From Eledone cirrhosa (lineage: Eukaryota), in NCBI GenBank assembly GCA_964016885.1, contig OZ024745.1, forward strand, positions 13,516,001 through 13,580,000: 64,000 bases of DNA, read 5' to 3'. The notes below the pieces were generated by a model. The model was not told the DNA's origin. It made no database searches and saw only the letters and a program-made list of their open reading frames with translations. A program made the translations under genes and the position numbers. Shown here one piece after another: positions 22,419-33,645 of this stretch. Positions within the stretch are counted from its first letter, which is position 1; every line of letters begins with the position of its first letter.

Positions 22419-22613
22419 ATAAGAAAATGTATGACCCCGACGGCAGAGCTCAAGCCGTTTCGACGGCTATTTCTGGTCCAGAAATAGCCGTCGAAACGGC
22501 TTGAGCTCTGCCGTCGGGGTCATATATTTTCCTATTACCCACTCTACTACCCTAAGTATTGAGTACTCTGGTGCGTTATGGTCCATCTGGTTCCTTACCA
22601 CAACTCCTTCGTT
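22419..22613 (+). mobile_element. Hairpin-capped ~190-bp element, copy A, in (TA)n
   Basis: Palindrome 22419-22535 plus an ~80-bp tail; homologous to four other copies in the window. Confidence 0.9.
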
Positions 22614-23327
22614 ATATATATATAATATGTATTATATGCGTGTATACATATTATAAAGGCAACAAAGAAGTTATTTGGAACAAATATCAAAGCGACAAGC
22701 CCGGAACGTTTTGCTCTGAGAGTTCCCCACAGTCTGAGAAAGGGATCTTTAAGCCCGAAATATTAGGACGAAAAAAATATTATAATAATAATAAGTACCA
22801 GGTAACACATAAACAACTTCGTTGCCTTCATTTAAACTAAATTTTACAGTCCATTTAGCTCTTAGCCTACTTACTTAGCCATTTTCTACATTAGACACTA
22901 TATTAAGAGACACTATAAATGCTTCAAGCAAACTACAGACATTCTATATTATGTTTCTCCGCGACAGCAAATTGCCGTGAAGATGAGGATTCGGAACTGG
23001 CGTCGCTTACATGGAAAAAAGCTTCTTCACTTCATACAAGTGGAGATATTCATAAATATGTCTGCTTGTGTGTGTTTGTGTGTGTACCAGTGTGTGTACC
23101 AGTGTGGGTGGGTGTACCAGTGTATGTGTACTAGTGTGTGTGTGTGCACGCTCGGTGTGTGCGAGAAAAAGAAAGAGTGTAAATGAAATAAAGAGTGTAA
23201 ATGAAAGAGAGAAAGAATGTAAATGAAAGAGAGTGAGAGAGAGAAAGAGTGTAAATGAAAGAGAGAGAGAAAAAACTGGAAGTGAAAGAGAGAGAAAAAC
23301 TGGAAGTGAAAAAGAGAGAGCGTTGAA

Positions 23328-23403
<76 letters not shown>

Positions 23404-23451
23404 AAGAGTAGAAGAGAAAGAGTGGAAGCGAAAGAAAGGTTACTCCATTAC

Positions 23452-23608
23452 CTCGAAGCAACGCATGTTTTCCCATGTAGACAAACAAAAGACATGGCGT
23501 CAAATCATCAATATAACACACAGCACAGAAGGTTTGTAAGAACAAACCGGATAATAGCGAATAGCGAACAGAGAGCTTGGCAACACCAAATACTACTTTG
23601 GTAATCAA
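23452..23608 (-). CDS. Candidate host-gene internal exon, product unknown
   Basis: Acceptor ttttcttctctgtaacggcaacag, donor GAG|gtaatg; only phase 0 is open (LITKVVFGVAKLSVRYSLLSGLFLQTFCAVCYIDDLTPCLLFVYMGKHALLR). Confidence 0.25.
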
Positions 23609-23798
23609 CTGTTGCCGTTACAGAGAAGAAAAATTTACCAGGCAATTTGTAGAATGTGATAAACGGAAACATATGGATAGTGAGTAGCTCGTGTTTCTTT
23701 TGAAAATGAACAAATATATTGAGTACTACATGTATTGAGTACTTTTTGTTGCACGTTCATTCATCTAAATTCGCAAAGTACTCAATACATGTAGTACT

Positions 23799-23850
<52 letters not shown>

Positions 23851-23861
23851 TCATACCTTTT

Positions 23862-23900
<39 letters not shown>

Positions 23901-23905
<5 letters not shown>

Positions 23906-24083
23906 AAAAGGTATGACCCCGACGGCAGAGCTCAAGCCGTTTCGACGGCTACTTCAGGATTCGAAACGGCTTGAGCTCTGCCGTCGGGGTCATACCTTTT
24001 CCTATCACCCACTCTACTACCCTAAGTATTGAGTACTCTGGTGCGTTATGGTCCACCTGGTTCCTTACCACAATTCCCTCGTT
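23901..24083 (+). mobile_element. Hairpin-capped element, copy B
   Basis: aggaaaaggtatgaccccgacggcagagctcaagccgtttcga...tcgaaacggcttgagctctgccgtcggggtcataccttttcct plus the family tail; (TA)n flanks. Confidence 0.9.
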
Positions 24084-24199
24084 ATATATATATATATTCC
24101 GTAATTATAATGATGATTAAAAGGCAGCTGGCGAGCGGGAAGTGTCAATGAACGTAGCTTTTCTGAGTTTTCTGTTTCCTTTATAGGTCCCATGGGTTT

Positions 24200-24231
<32 letters not shown>

Positions 24232-24233
<2 letters not shown>

Positions 24234-24399
24234 GTTTCTACTTTGTAGCACAAGGCCACCAATTATCCCAGTACATTACTGGTACTTTATTTTATCGACC
24301 CCGTAAGGATGAAAGGCAAAGTTAACCTCAGATCGTAAAGGTACGTAACTATGCTGGAAAGCATAATCCAACCCTCTACCGATACTGCCAATTCACCGC

Positions 24400-24402
<3 letters not shown>
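24232..24402 (-). mobile_element. MetaSINE-like tRNA SINE
   Basis: Reverse complement of ggcggtgaattggcagtatcggtagag...gcctttcatccttacggggtcgataaa...gtagaaacaat. Confidence 0.85.
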
Positions 24403-24453
<51 letters not shown>

Positions 24454-24455
<2 letters not shown>

Positions 24456-24654
24456 CGAAGGAAATGTGGTAAGGAACCAGGTGGACCATAACGCACCAAA
24501 GTACTCAATACTTGAGGTAATAGAGTGGGTAATAGGAACCAGTAAGACCCCGACAGCTGAGCTCAAGCCGTTTCGACGGCTAATTCGCCGTCGAAACGGC
24601 TTGAATTAGCCGTCGAAACGGCTTGAGCTCAGCTGTCGGGGTCTTACTGGTTCC

Positions 24655-24656
<2 letters not shown>
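24454..24656 (-). mobile_element. Hairpin-capped element, copy C
   Basis: Same family; both arms carry the private variants cagct and aaccagtaag; duplicated centre. Confidence 0.9.
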
Positions 24657-24686
<30 letters not shown>

Positions 24687-24694
24687 CTATCTAT

Positions 24695-24862
24695 CAGGGT
24701 CGGACGCCATGCTTTGACGTATAGAGTTACGGCCCTTGCCATTTTGAGTTCAAATCCCGCCAAGGTTAACTTTGCTTTTCATCCTTACGGGGTCGATAAA
24801 ATAAAGTACCAGTAATGCACTGGGTAATTGCTGGCCTCGTCGTGCCTAACGTAGAAACAATT
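24695..24862 (+). mobile_element. MetaSINE-like tRNA SINE
   Basis: gagttcaaatcccgcc...tttcatccttacggggtcgataaaataaagtaccag...gtagaaacaatt. Confidence 0.85.
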
Positions 24863-24878
24863 ATATATATATATTATT

Positions 24879-24991
<113 letters not shown>

Positions 24992-25019
24992 AAAAAGTAA
25001 ACAGTAAAAACAAAATAAT

Positions 25020-25208
25020 CACAGTACAACGAAGAAATATATCAGTTTAACGCTTGATATAGTAGAAAAGAATCATGACGTTTCAGACACTAGTCCTTCA
25101 TCATAAGATGAAATAAGAAATAAAAGATGAAATAGAAAAATAAAAAGTAAAAGGAGTAAGAAACGGAAATAAAATGTTTGCGAAAAATGACGTGTGTATT
25201 CAATCACC

Positions 25209-25212
<4 letters not shown>
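25020..25212 (-). mobile_element. Penelope-like pLTR remnant with degenerate hammerhead; second copy at 60158-60320
   Basis: Minus strand aTGATGAaggactagtgtctGAAACGTC at ~25077-25104; flank agtttaacgcttgatatagtagaaaa shared with 60183-60208. Confidence 0.6.
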
Positions 25213-25261
<49 letters not shown>

Positions 25262-25262
<1 letters not shown>

Positions 25263-27428
25263 TAGCAGCTGAGCCCGGTTTCACCCGGGGCCACTTTTTA
25301 TTAAGTTAATAATTTGAAAAATGTTATTGATAGTTTATTATAAAGAAGCAGTATCAGGAAAAAAAATAGAAATATGCACTTGGGGCTGGACGGCGTACAA
25401 TGAGAAGTGGAGCGACGTGAAAAGCGTTGAGAGACGTTGAGTGGCGACGGAAGAGGAATGGTGGAAGCTTCAAAGGTGTTGTTGCAGTGCTTCTTTGTAG
25501 ACAACGTTCCTAGTATTACCCGGATTACCACAAATGTAGAGATGTATAGTTGACCGTGGGTAAATACCTGCTGTGTCAGAATTAGGCCAACTACTTGCAG
25601 CGACTGTCCCTGTGCCTTGTTGATACGCATTGCAAAGCATAGTTTTACGGGAAACTGCCGTCTCGTAAAATCAAATGGGACGTCAGAGGGACTAAGGCTT
25701 ATGGGGGATAATAACTTTGTCCCGCCAGCAGACGGTCCGCTCAGAATTTTTGTCGTAAGAATTCGTATCCCAATTTTTTTGATGATCAGACGCGTCCCGT
25801 TGCATAGTTCTGGTGGTTCCACGTTTCTTAGCAGCATAACTGGAACACCATGCCACCGTTGACGCAATGAAAAGAAGACATGAAGGCGAATTAGCCATCG
25901 AAGTAGTTATAAAAAAGGATAATAGCAATAACTGTAAATGTAGAAGGTGATAGTTTATTAACAGCGAAATAGCAATGTCGATGATATGCAAGTTTAAAAA
26001 TGCATATTATGAAGGTTTGTATGATAGTTTACACTTTGATTGCCCTGATCAGCAAGAGGGGCCTCTATATATTAGATGTTTATTAGAAGCGGGGGAAATA
26101 ACTAACCCCAGTATTAGAACAGGGGGTTCGCAATGTAAGGGTTTTATTTCTTTTGTTAGAAAACTGACCTTTTTCGGTTTGGCATTTCGTAAAATTCTAC
26201 TGCAGAATCGATTTCATAAAACAGTACTGTATGATCGTTATAGAATTATTTAAATTTAATATAGAGCAACTGTAATTGAAAAATGAAAATGAAACGTACT
26301 GTAGAAGCCAACAGTTTATTAACAGCGAAATAACGTTTTCTTTGATATGTTATTTTAAATAAGACAATGAATTGAAAAATACTACTTACTGTTAGTGGTG
26401 GTTAACATGTATTAGAATTAAAATGAAAATGATATCTGAAAATACGTACTTGAGAACATGACTCCCTTCTTCGCAATTTAAGGGTTTTATTTCTTTTGAT
26501 GGAAAACAGTGACCGTTTTCGGTTTGGCATTTCGTAAAATGGTACTGCAGAATTGATTTCATAAAACGGTACTGTATGTTAACAGCGAAAGAACGCAGCG
26601 AAAGAAATTGGTGAGTTTAAAAATTTGTATGAAATTGTAATTAAGACAATGAATATTGAAAGTATTAGAACAGGGGGAAATAACTCAATTAGACGTTTAT
26701 TAGAAGGGGGGAAATAACTAACCCCAGTATTAGAACAGGGTGTTCGCAATGTTAGGGTTTTATTTACGGTACTGTATGATCGTTATAGAAGTATTTAAAT
26801 TTAATATAGAGCAACTGTATTTGAAAAATGAAAATGAAACGTACTGTAGAAGGCAACAGTTTATTAATCTGCATTTTCAAACTTGCATATCATCGACATT
26901 GCTATTTCGCTGTTAATAAACAACGCTTTTCACGTCGCTCCACTTCTCATTGTACGCCGTCCAGCCCCAAGTGCATATTTCTATTTTTTGCCTGAAACTG
27001 CTTCTTTATAATAAACTTTCAATAATATTTTTCAAATTATTGGTACTGTATGTTAACAGCGAAAGAACGTTGATGAGTTTAAAAATGTGTATGAAATTGT
27101 AAATAAGACAATGAATATTGAAAGTATTAGAACAGGGGGAAATAACTCACCGAACGCGATAGTAAATAGACCGTTTGGGGGCCCCAGGGACCACATTTTT
27201 CAAGTTAGAGATTTATTACTGATGTTGTGATTTGAATTCTCCTAGTATATTACAAACGCCGTGTATAATTTTAATCAGTTATTCTGATTATTTGATTAGG
27301 CATACATTGTATTTAAAATTAAGCGATTAGCAATTTTTAGACACCCTAATCAATGAAACAATTGTTAATACTGTAAATAAAACCCTTTTTGTACTGTTGA
27401 CCATGTTATTCTACACTCTTTCACTATG
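25262..27428 (-). mobile_element. Rearranged non-autonomous Helitron carrying a PIF1 helicase fragment
   Basis: 3' hairpin cccgggtgaaaccggg then CTAG|T at 25262; internal patchwork of direct and inverted duplications; 5' boundary uncertain. Confidence 0.8.
25545..25850 (-). pseudogene. Helitron RepHel PIF1 helicase C-terminal fragment
   Basis: GVPVMLLRNVEPPELCNGTRL...FTRRQFPVKLCFAMRINKAQGQSLQVVGL...VFTHGQLY. Confidence 0.92.
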
Positions 27429-27448
27429 TATATATATATATATATATA

Positions 27449-27650
27449 AAACGAAGGAAGTGTGGTAAGGAACCAGGTGGACCATAACGCACGAGAATAC
27501 TTGATACTTTGGGTAGTAGAGAAGGTAATAGGAAAAGAGACAGGACCCCGACGGCAGAGCTCAAGCCGTTTCGTTGGTTATTTCTGGAGTTCAGAAATAG
27601 CCGTCAAACCGGCTTGAGCTCTGCCGTCGGGGTCCTGACTCTGTTCCTAT
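27449..27650 (-). mobile_element. Hairpin-capped element, copy D
   Basis: Same family; (TA)n flanks. Confidence 0.88.
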
Positions 27651-27679
27651 ATATATATTTATATATATATATATATATA

Positions 27680-27844
27680 CTAGCAGAATGGCCTGGCGTT
27701 GCTCGGGATTTGCTCTAGGATTCTTATATATTTGATATATATTTATCCTTATCGAGCCTCGTGAAATAAATACGTTTGTTTATATTGTTTATATTTTGTT
27801 ATTGTGTATGCAAAAATATCTGTACACGAATATATAATTATATA

Positions 27845-27905
<61 letters not shown>

Positions 27906-29242
27906 CAGGAGGTTGAGACTGTGTCGATGAGTGTGGGGCCTAGAATGAATGAGACTAAAACAAAATATCTGATAGAGAATGTTGAGAAGCCAGAGGGGAT
28001 CACTAATGTAGGCGAGAAGCCGCTAGAATTGGTTGAGGACTTCCTGCATTTAGGAGCAAAGCCTGGGCAGCGTGCCACAGCTTGATATCGGTGTGGAAGT
28101 CGGACCTTCGTAAAGATTTGATGATCTGCCTCTTCATTGCTGTAGTGGAGTCTGTGCTGCTGTACGGGTCTGAGACTTGGACCCTGACCAAGAAACTCAC
28201 TCAGATGGTGGATGGGTGCTACACGAGAATGCTGAGGATACTCTGAACATTAATCAGTATACACTGAGGATGAAAAACTCAGAGTTGTATGGGAGCCTCC
28301 CAAAAGCCAGCTCAAAATAGACATAGAGGATACTGAGGTTAGCTGGACATGCTCACCGACATCCAGAGTTGACATTGCACTCAGTGCTTCTGTGGGAGCT
28401 CCTACATGGACACACTGGAAGAGGAAGACCAAGGTTAACATATGTTGATGCCCTAAGGACAGACACTGGTCTGTTGGAGACGCAGGACATGGCAGCGATA
28501 ATGAGGAACAGAGACCGCTGGAGAGAACTCATCCATGGATCTCGGGAATTTTACCCGCCCTAGAATATATATATATATATATATATAACAGTACAGAGAA
28601 GTACGGAATACCTCGGCCTCGGGTTGGTGTCTACATTTTGTGCTTATAAAAAATAATCGTCGTAGATTACCACGGTTTTTTTCCGAGCGAAGAAAATCAA
28701 TACTTTATCGCGAAATAAATACTTTTGTTTATATTTTGTTATTGTGTTTGCAAAAATATCTGTACACGAATATATAATTATATATATATATAATTACATA
28801 TATATATATATTAAAATAACAGATTAAAGTTTAAGCAATGAATCGCGTTTTCACCCTTAACGGGATCTTCTGAAACTAAAAAAATCAATCTGTGAATGCA
28901 GAAGTAAATATTTCGAAAAACGTTACACACTATATATATACACACACACACTATATATACATATATACACACATACCGCGTCATAATGTCGTAATGCAGA
29001 GAGCCAGACATACAGACATATATTATAAGGGCGCAACGTTATATGTATGTATCTATCTAAAAAGAAAAAGACTAAGAATTATAGAGAGGGATCGCTAAAT
29101 CGCCTAATGCGGTCCCTAGGGAATTGAAAATTTCTCAAAACACTCACAGGACCATACGTATTACATGTGTAAAGTTTGAAAACAATCGGTTGGGTGGTTC
29201 TCGAGTTTTAGTGAGCGGAGAGACAGACAGACATACATTCTC

Positions 29243-29250
<8 letters not shown>
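27680..29250 (-). mobile_element. Non-autonomous Helitron-like element hosting nested insertions
   Basis: 3' end cccgagcaacgccagg...CTAG|T at 27680; the other end tataaaacagagaatgtatgtctgtctgtc...ccgattgttttcaaacttt resembles Helitron-derived short repeats. Pairing of the two ends is inferred. Confidence 0.6.
27907..28563 (+). pseudogene. 5'-truncated RTE/RTEX-type LINE 3' end
   Basis: MNETKTKY, VEDFLHLG, VESVLLYGSETWTLTK, GCYTRMLR, LAGHAHRH, GRGRPRLTYVD, RDRWR; frameshifted. Confidence 0.88.
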
Positions 29251-29285
<35 letters not shown>

Positions 29286-29409
29286 TGTTTTTGTGTTTGT
29301 GGGGAGGGGTCATCGTGTATATATTGTAGCAAGTATTAGAATAATATTAGCAGTTACAACATCAACATCATCATCGTAAAGAACAGCATCAGCAACAGCA
29401 GAAACATAC

Positions 29410-29475
29410 AGGCGGATGTACTGTACACTCAATATCGTCTGCTTTCTCCAATCCGAAGATATCCTTAAAGATAGT
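29410..29475 (-). CDS. Candidate 66-nt host-gene exon, product unknown
   Basis: tgtgcag| ... CCT|gtatgt; phase 0-0, TIFKDIFGLEKADDIECTVHPP. Confidence 0.25.
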
Positions 29476-29564
29476 CTGCACACTATTAAGTGTCCATCAA
29501 TTAAACGGAAGTCAATGGTGTGTTTGCCGATAAAGCCATTTTTCTGTGTCTATGGTATGTATGT

Positions 29565-29709
<145 letters not shown>

Positions 29710-30401
29710 GTGTGTGTGTGTGTGTGTGTGTACGCGTGTGTGTAGGTGACTCTGTGTGTGTGCCTGTGTGTGTTTTGTTCTTCCGAACACCATAATTTGT
29801 TGCTTAGTTCAATAGATATGTATTCCACAAAAATGCAGAATACATGTCGAGTGACTCCTGGGATTCTGTAAAATCAACAACAGACCTCGCAATGTTTAAT
29901 GAAGTTGAATATTTGTTATCAAATAACTTCTCTTCCGATTCCGGGACTCTTTATTTTATAGCAGAAGTGATTAATGGTTTGTTTTTTTTTTGTACATAGT
30001 CTCGGTTTTCCACCAGATTAAATAAAGGAGGGTGAGAATAATATCAATAAATAATATATTTTATTTATCTCCATGTTTAAAAGGTTGTGTGGATGGGGAG
30101 TGAAATGACATATTAATAACATGGCGACCTGCAACGAAACATAAGTTGCACATATACAAATATATACTTTTTAAAAGTCAAATATTATAGCATACCGTTG
30201 ATTGTCTGGTGGGAATAATGAAGTATCAGCGGTAACCGCTGATTGGTTGGATTTCATACGTGTCAGCAATCTGAAATAGCCAATCGCTGATCGTCCTGAC
30301 CGAAGATGATTTCGCATCGTTCGGTCGCATTGTTCTATGTCCTGTGTACAATTAAAACGATATTCATGTTTAACTGAAAGGGAAAAATACAAGTATTGAA
30401 A

Positions 30402-31019
30402 TACCACCACCACCACCACTATCACCACCACCACCACTACCACCACCACCACCACTACCACCACCACCACCACTACCATCACCACTACCACCACCACCAG
30501 CACTACCACCACCAACACCAACACCACCACCACCACAACTACCACCACCACCACATCAACCACCACCACCACTACCACCACTACTACCAACACCACTACC
30601 ACCTCCACCACCACTACCACTACCACAACCACTACCACTACCACAACCACTACCACTACCACAACCACCACCACCACCACCACTACCACCACCACCACAA
30701 CACATCACCACCAACACCACTACCACCACCACCACTAGTACCACCAACACCACTACCACTAGTACCACCAACACCACTACCACCACCACCACCACCACCA
30801 TCACCACCACTACCACCACCACCACTACCACCAGCACTACCACCACCAACACCACTACCACCACCACCACTATCACCACCACCCCACCAACACCACCAAC
30901 ACCACCATCACCACCACTACCACCACCACCAGTACCAACACACCACCAGCACTACCACCAACAGTACCACCACCAACACCACTACCACCCCCACTACCAC
31001 CACCACCACCACCACCACC
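30402..31019. repeat. Degenerate (CAC/TAC)n trinucleotide array
   Basis: Seen directly. Confidence 0.95.
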
Positions 31020-31142
31020 GGTCAATCGCCCTACTTGAGGGCGGTTGACCGGGCTGGTACCTGCTAAATGGTCGGCCGTCCTCATGTCTCTGATTTTCAG
31101 CACCATGGATTTTGTCTATTATATTCCTTTGTTATATTTCGA

Positions 31143-31200
31143 ATACCTGATGATGTCACCGGATTCATAGTGAACCCGGTCATTGAAATGATCATAGTAT
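31143..31200 (+). ncRNA. Minimal type I hammerhead ribozyme candidate (Penelope-type)
   Basis: Stem I ATAC/GTAT; CTGATGA at 31147; stem II accggattca-tag-tgaacccggt; GAAA at 31185; palindromic stem III ATGATCAT; AUA cleavage triplet; AATAAA immediately after. Confidence 0.75.
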
Positions 31201-31240
31201 AATAAACCTTTTAAGGAATTACACCAGTCCAGCCTCCTGT

Positions 31241-31312
<72 letters not shown>

Positions 31313-31317
<5 letters not shown>

Positions 31318-31775
31318 CTGGGACTTGTCTCTTTCTTCTCACTTTCCGTTGCTTAAACCATTTTGTTTGTTACCCTAACGTCCCCTTTATTTACGTGTCC
31401 CAACGACTTTTTTTAGCCGTTGTTCGCACCAACCTGAGGTATATGGCCCTTAAAGCGATGAAATGCCTGGGACGGTTGGAGGGTCACTGATGAAGGACTT
31501 ACTTTTTCATATGTACTCCATTTGCAACGCGCAGCTCATCATTATTATCATATTTACACATAATTTTTCTTCTGCTGCCACCCGTCTGTTTCGTTCTTTG
31601 TATCTTTACCCTTTCTAGCAGTCTCTCTCTCTGTTAGCCTCCTCCTCAACTTTCACTCACTCATTCTCTGTCACTACCTCTCCTCCTCCTCCTCCTCTTT
31701 CCTCCTCTTTCTTCCCGTTTGACCTGTGTGTAATTCTTTTCTCGCGCGTTCTTGGTCAAGCCGGTATGAAATTTG

Positions 31776-31838
<63 letters not shown>

Positions 31839-32194
31839 GTCTGCGACTTCACAAAACTTATGTTTACCGAATTCGTAGACCAGACCCCTTCTTCTTCTTC
31901 CCCCCGTTAGACCTGTGCGAAATTCCTTCCTTGCTCACATTTCAACCAGGTTTGATGGTCTTTTGTCTCTTGTTCACGATTTCACCGAGTTTATATTCAT
32001 AGAAATCTGGGACTTGTCTCTTTCTTCTCACTTTCCGTTGCTTAAACCATTTTGTTTGTTACCCTAACGTCCCCTTTATTTACGTGTCCCAACGACTTTT
32101 TTTTAGCCGTTGTTCGCACCAACCTGAGGTATATGGCCCTTAAAGCGATGAAATGTCTGGGACGGTTGGAGGGTCACTGATGAAGGACTTACTT

Positions 32195-32200
<6 letters not shown>
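31313..32200 (+). mobile_element. ~200-bp direct repeats (31313-31512, 32002-32200) around a ~490-bp core; pLTR-like
   Basis: Near-identical repeats ending ggtcaCTGATGAaggacttactttttcat; (TA)n on both outer sides. Confidence 0.7.
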
Positions 32201-32246
<46 letters not shown>

Positions 32247-32286
32247 GTGTTTATATATATATATATATAAAACTCAGATTACATTT

Positions 32287-32334
<48 letters not shown>

Positions 32335-32531
32335 AAATGTAATCTGAGTTTTTCGAATATTAATAATTGTTTCTACTTTTGACACAAGGCCAGCAATTAC
32401 CCAGTACTTTATTTTATCGACTATTAATAATAACATTCGATTCGTTTGCAATTATGCAAACAAGCCTCAATTTTATAGCCATGTCAGTAGAATGAACCCT
32501 TCATTCTTGCTCTTATGTTGGCATGCGAACA

Positions 32532-32581
32532 GAACTGCAGACACTAATGTTTCTGGATATTACCCTTCATCAGTACAGCTC
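32532..32581 (-). ncRNA. Hammerhead ribozyme candidate (inverted copy)
   Basis: Minus strand gagctgta-CTGATGA-aGGGTaatATCCa-GAAAC-attagt-GTC-tgcagttc. Confidence 0.75.
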
Positions 32582-32908
32582 ACTGTTCACCAGCCAAACT
32601 GTCAGAGCTAGTGAAAATATATGCTATTTTCAAGAATACACAGTGACTGATCGGACTGATTCAGCCATGTAGAGCGAAATTTTCTTTTTTATTTGAATTT
32701 GGCAAAGCCGGCCATTTATCGGTCGCATACAGGAAACTGATTGGCCAGTCTGCTGATATGCAGATCTGGCTGATCAGTGGATCTGCTAATATGCAGATCT
32801 GACTGATCAACCAGTCTGCTAATATGCAAATCAGGCCGATCAGTCACTGTGTATTTTTTAAAATAGCATATATTTTCACTAGCTCTGACAGTTTGGCAGG
32901 TGAACAGT

Positions 32909-32958
32909 GAGCTGTACTGATGAAGGGTGATACCCAGAAACATTAGTGTCTGCAGTTC
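32909..32958 (+). ncRNA. Type I hammerhead ribozyme candidate
   Basis: 8-bp stem I gagctgta/tgcagttc; CTGATGA at 32917; stem II GGGT-gat-ACCC; GAAA at 32937; stem III ACA-ttag-TGT; GUC triplet at 32948-32950. Confidence 0.8.
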
Positions 32959-33108
32959 TGTTCACATGCCAACACAAGAGCAAGAATGAAGTGTTCATTC
33001 TACTGACATGGCTATAAAATTGAGGCTTGTTTGCATAATTGCAAACGAATCGAATGTTATTATTAATATTCGAAAAACTCAGATTACATTTATTGTAGAG
33101 CAAAATTT

Positions 33109-33153
<45 letters not shown>

Positions 33154-33204
33154 GGAGTATTGCTTAAAGCTTTCTCTGTTAATGTATTAAATATATATAT
33201 ATAT

Positions 33205-33480
33205 ATATGCAAAAGTTCTATTTAAATTGTTGGGATACAACAAGCAAATATTTTTATAACTAATATAAAGCACTCAACAAGTATTTGGAGTAAACATACG
33301 ATATTAACAAATGGAAACTATATTTATAAAACCATATTTATTTCATTATACATCTTTCAAGGACACCAAGTTAAATTATGGTGTGCTTTCATCAGACAAA
33401 ATATAATATAGATCAGTTTTATAAATAAATATTGACATACCCTTAAAAAATGCAACCATTACTGTTGGAAGCTCCCGGAT
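33205..33480 (-). mobile_element. Penelope-like pLTR remnant with degenerate hammerhead (family of 38247-38575)
   Basis: Minus strand CTGATGAaagcacaccataatttaacttggtgtccttGAAA; aligns with 38320-38575. Confidence 0.7.
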
Positions 33481-33575
33481 AGTAGGATATATATATATAT
33501 CCTACTATATCAAGCGTTAAACTAACATATTTCCTCATTGTACTGTCGTTTGCTTTTTGCACTCACACACACACA

Positions 33576-33645
<70 letters not shown>

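Larger units (their letters stand above)
32330..33097. mobile_element. Inverted pLTR pair, each arm with a hammerhead; left arm interrupted by a SINE 3' fragment
   Basis: 32330-32660 is the reverse complement of ~32838-33097; ~33-bp tandem x3 in the spacer; SINE tail 32368-32422 with TSD tattaataat. Confidence 0.85.

Noticed and set aside
22419-22613. MITE or rho-independent terminator
   Set aside because: The palindrome is at one end only, not terminal on both sides, and the context is eukaryotic.
30171-31106. Poly-His/Pro/Val ORFs
   Set aside because: Translations of the (CAC)n repeat.
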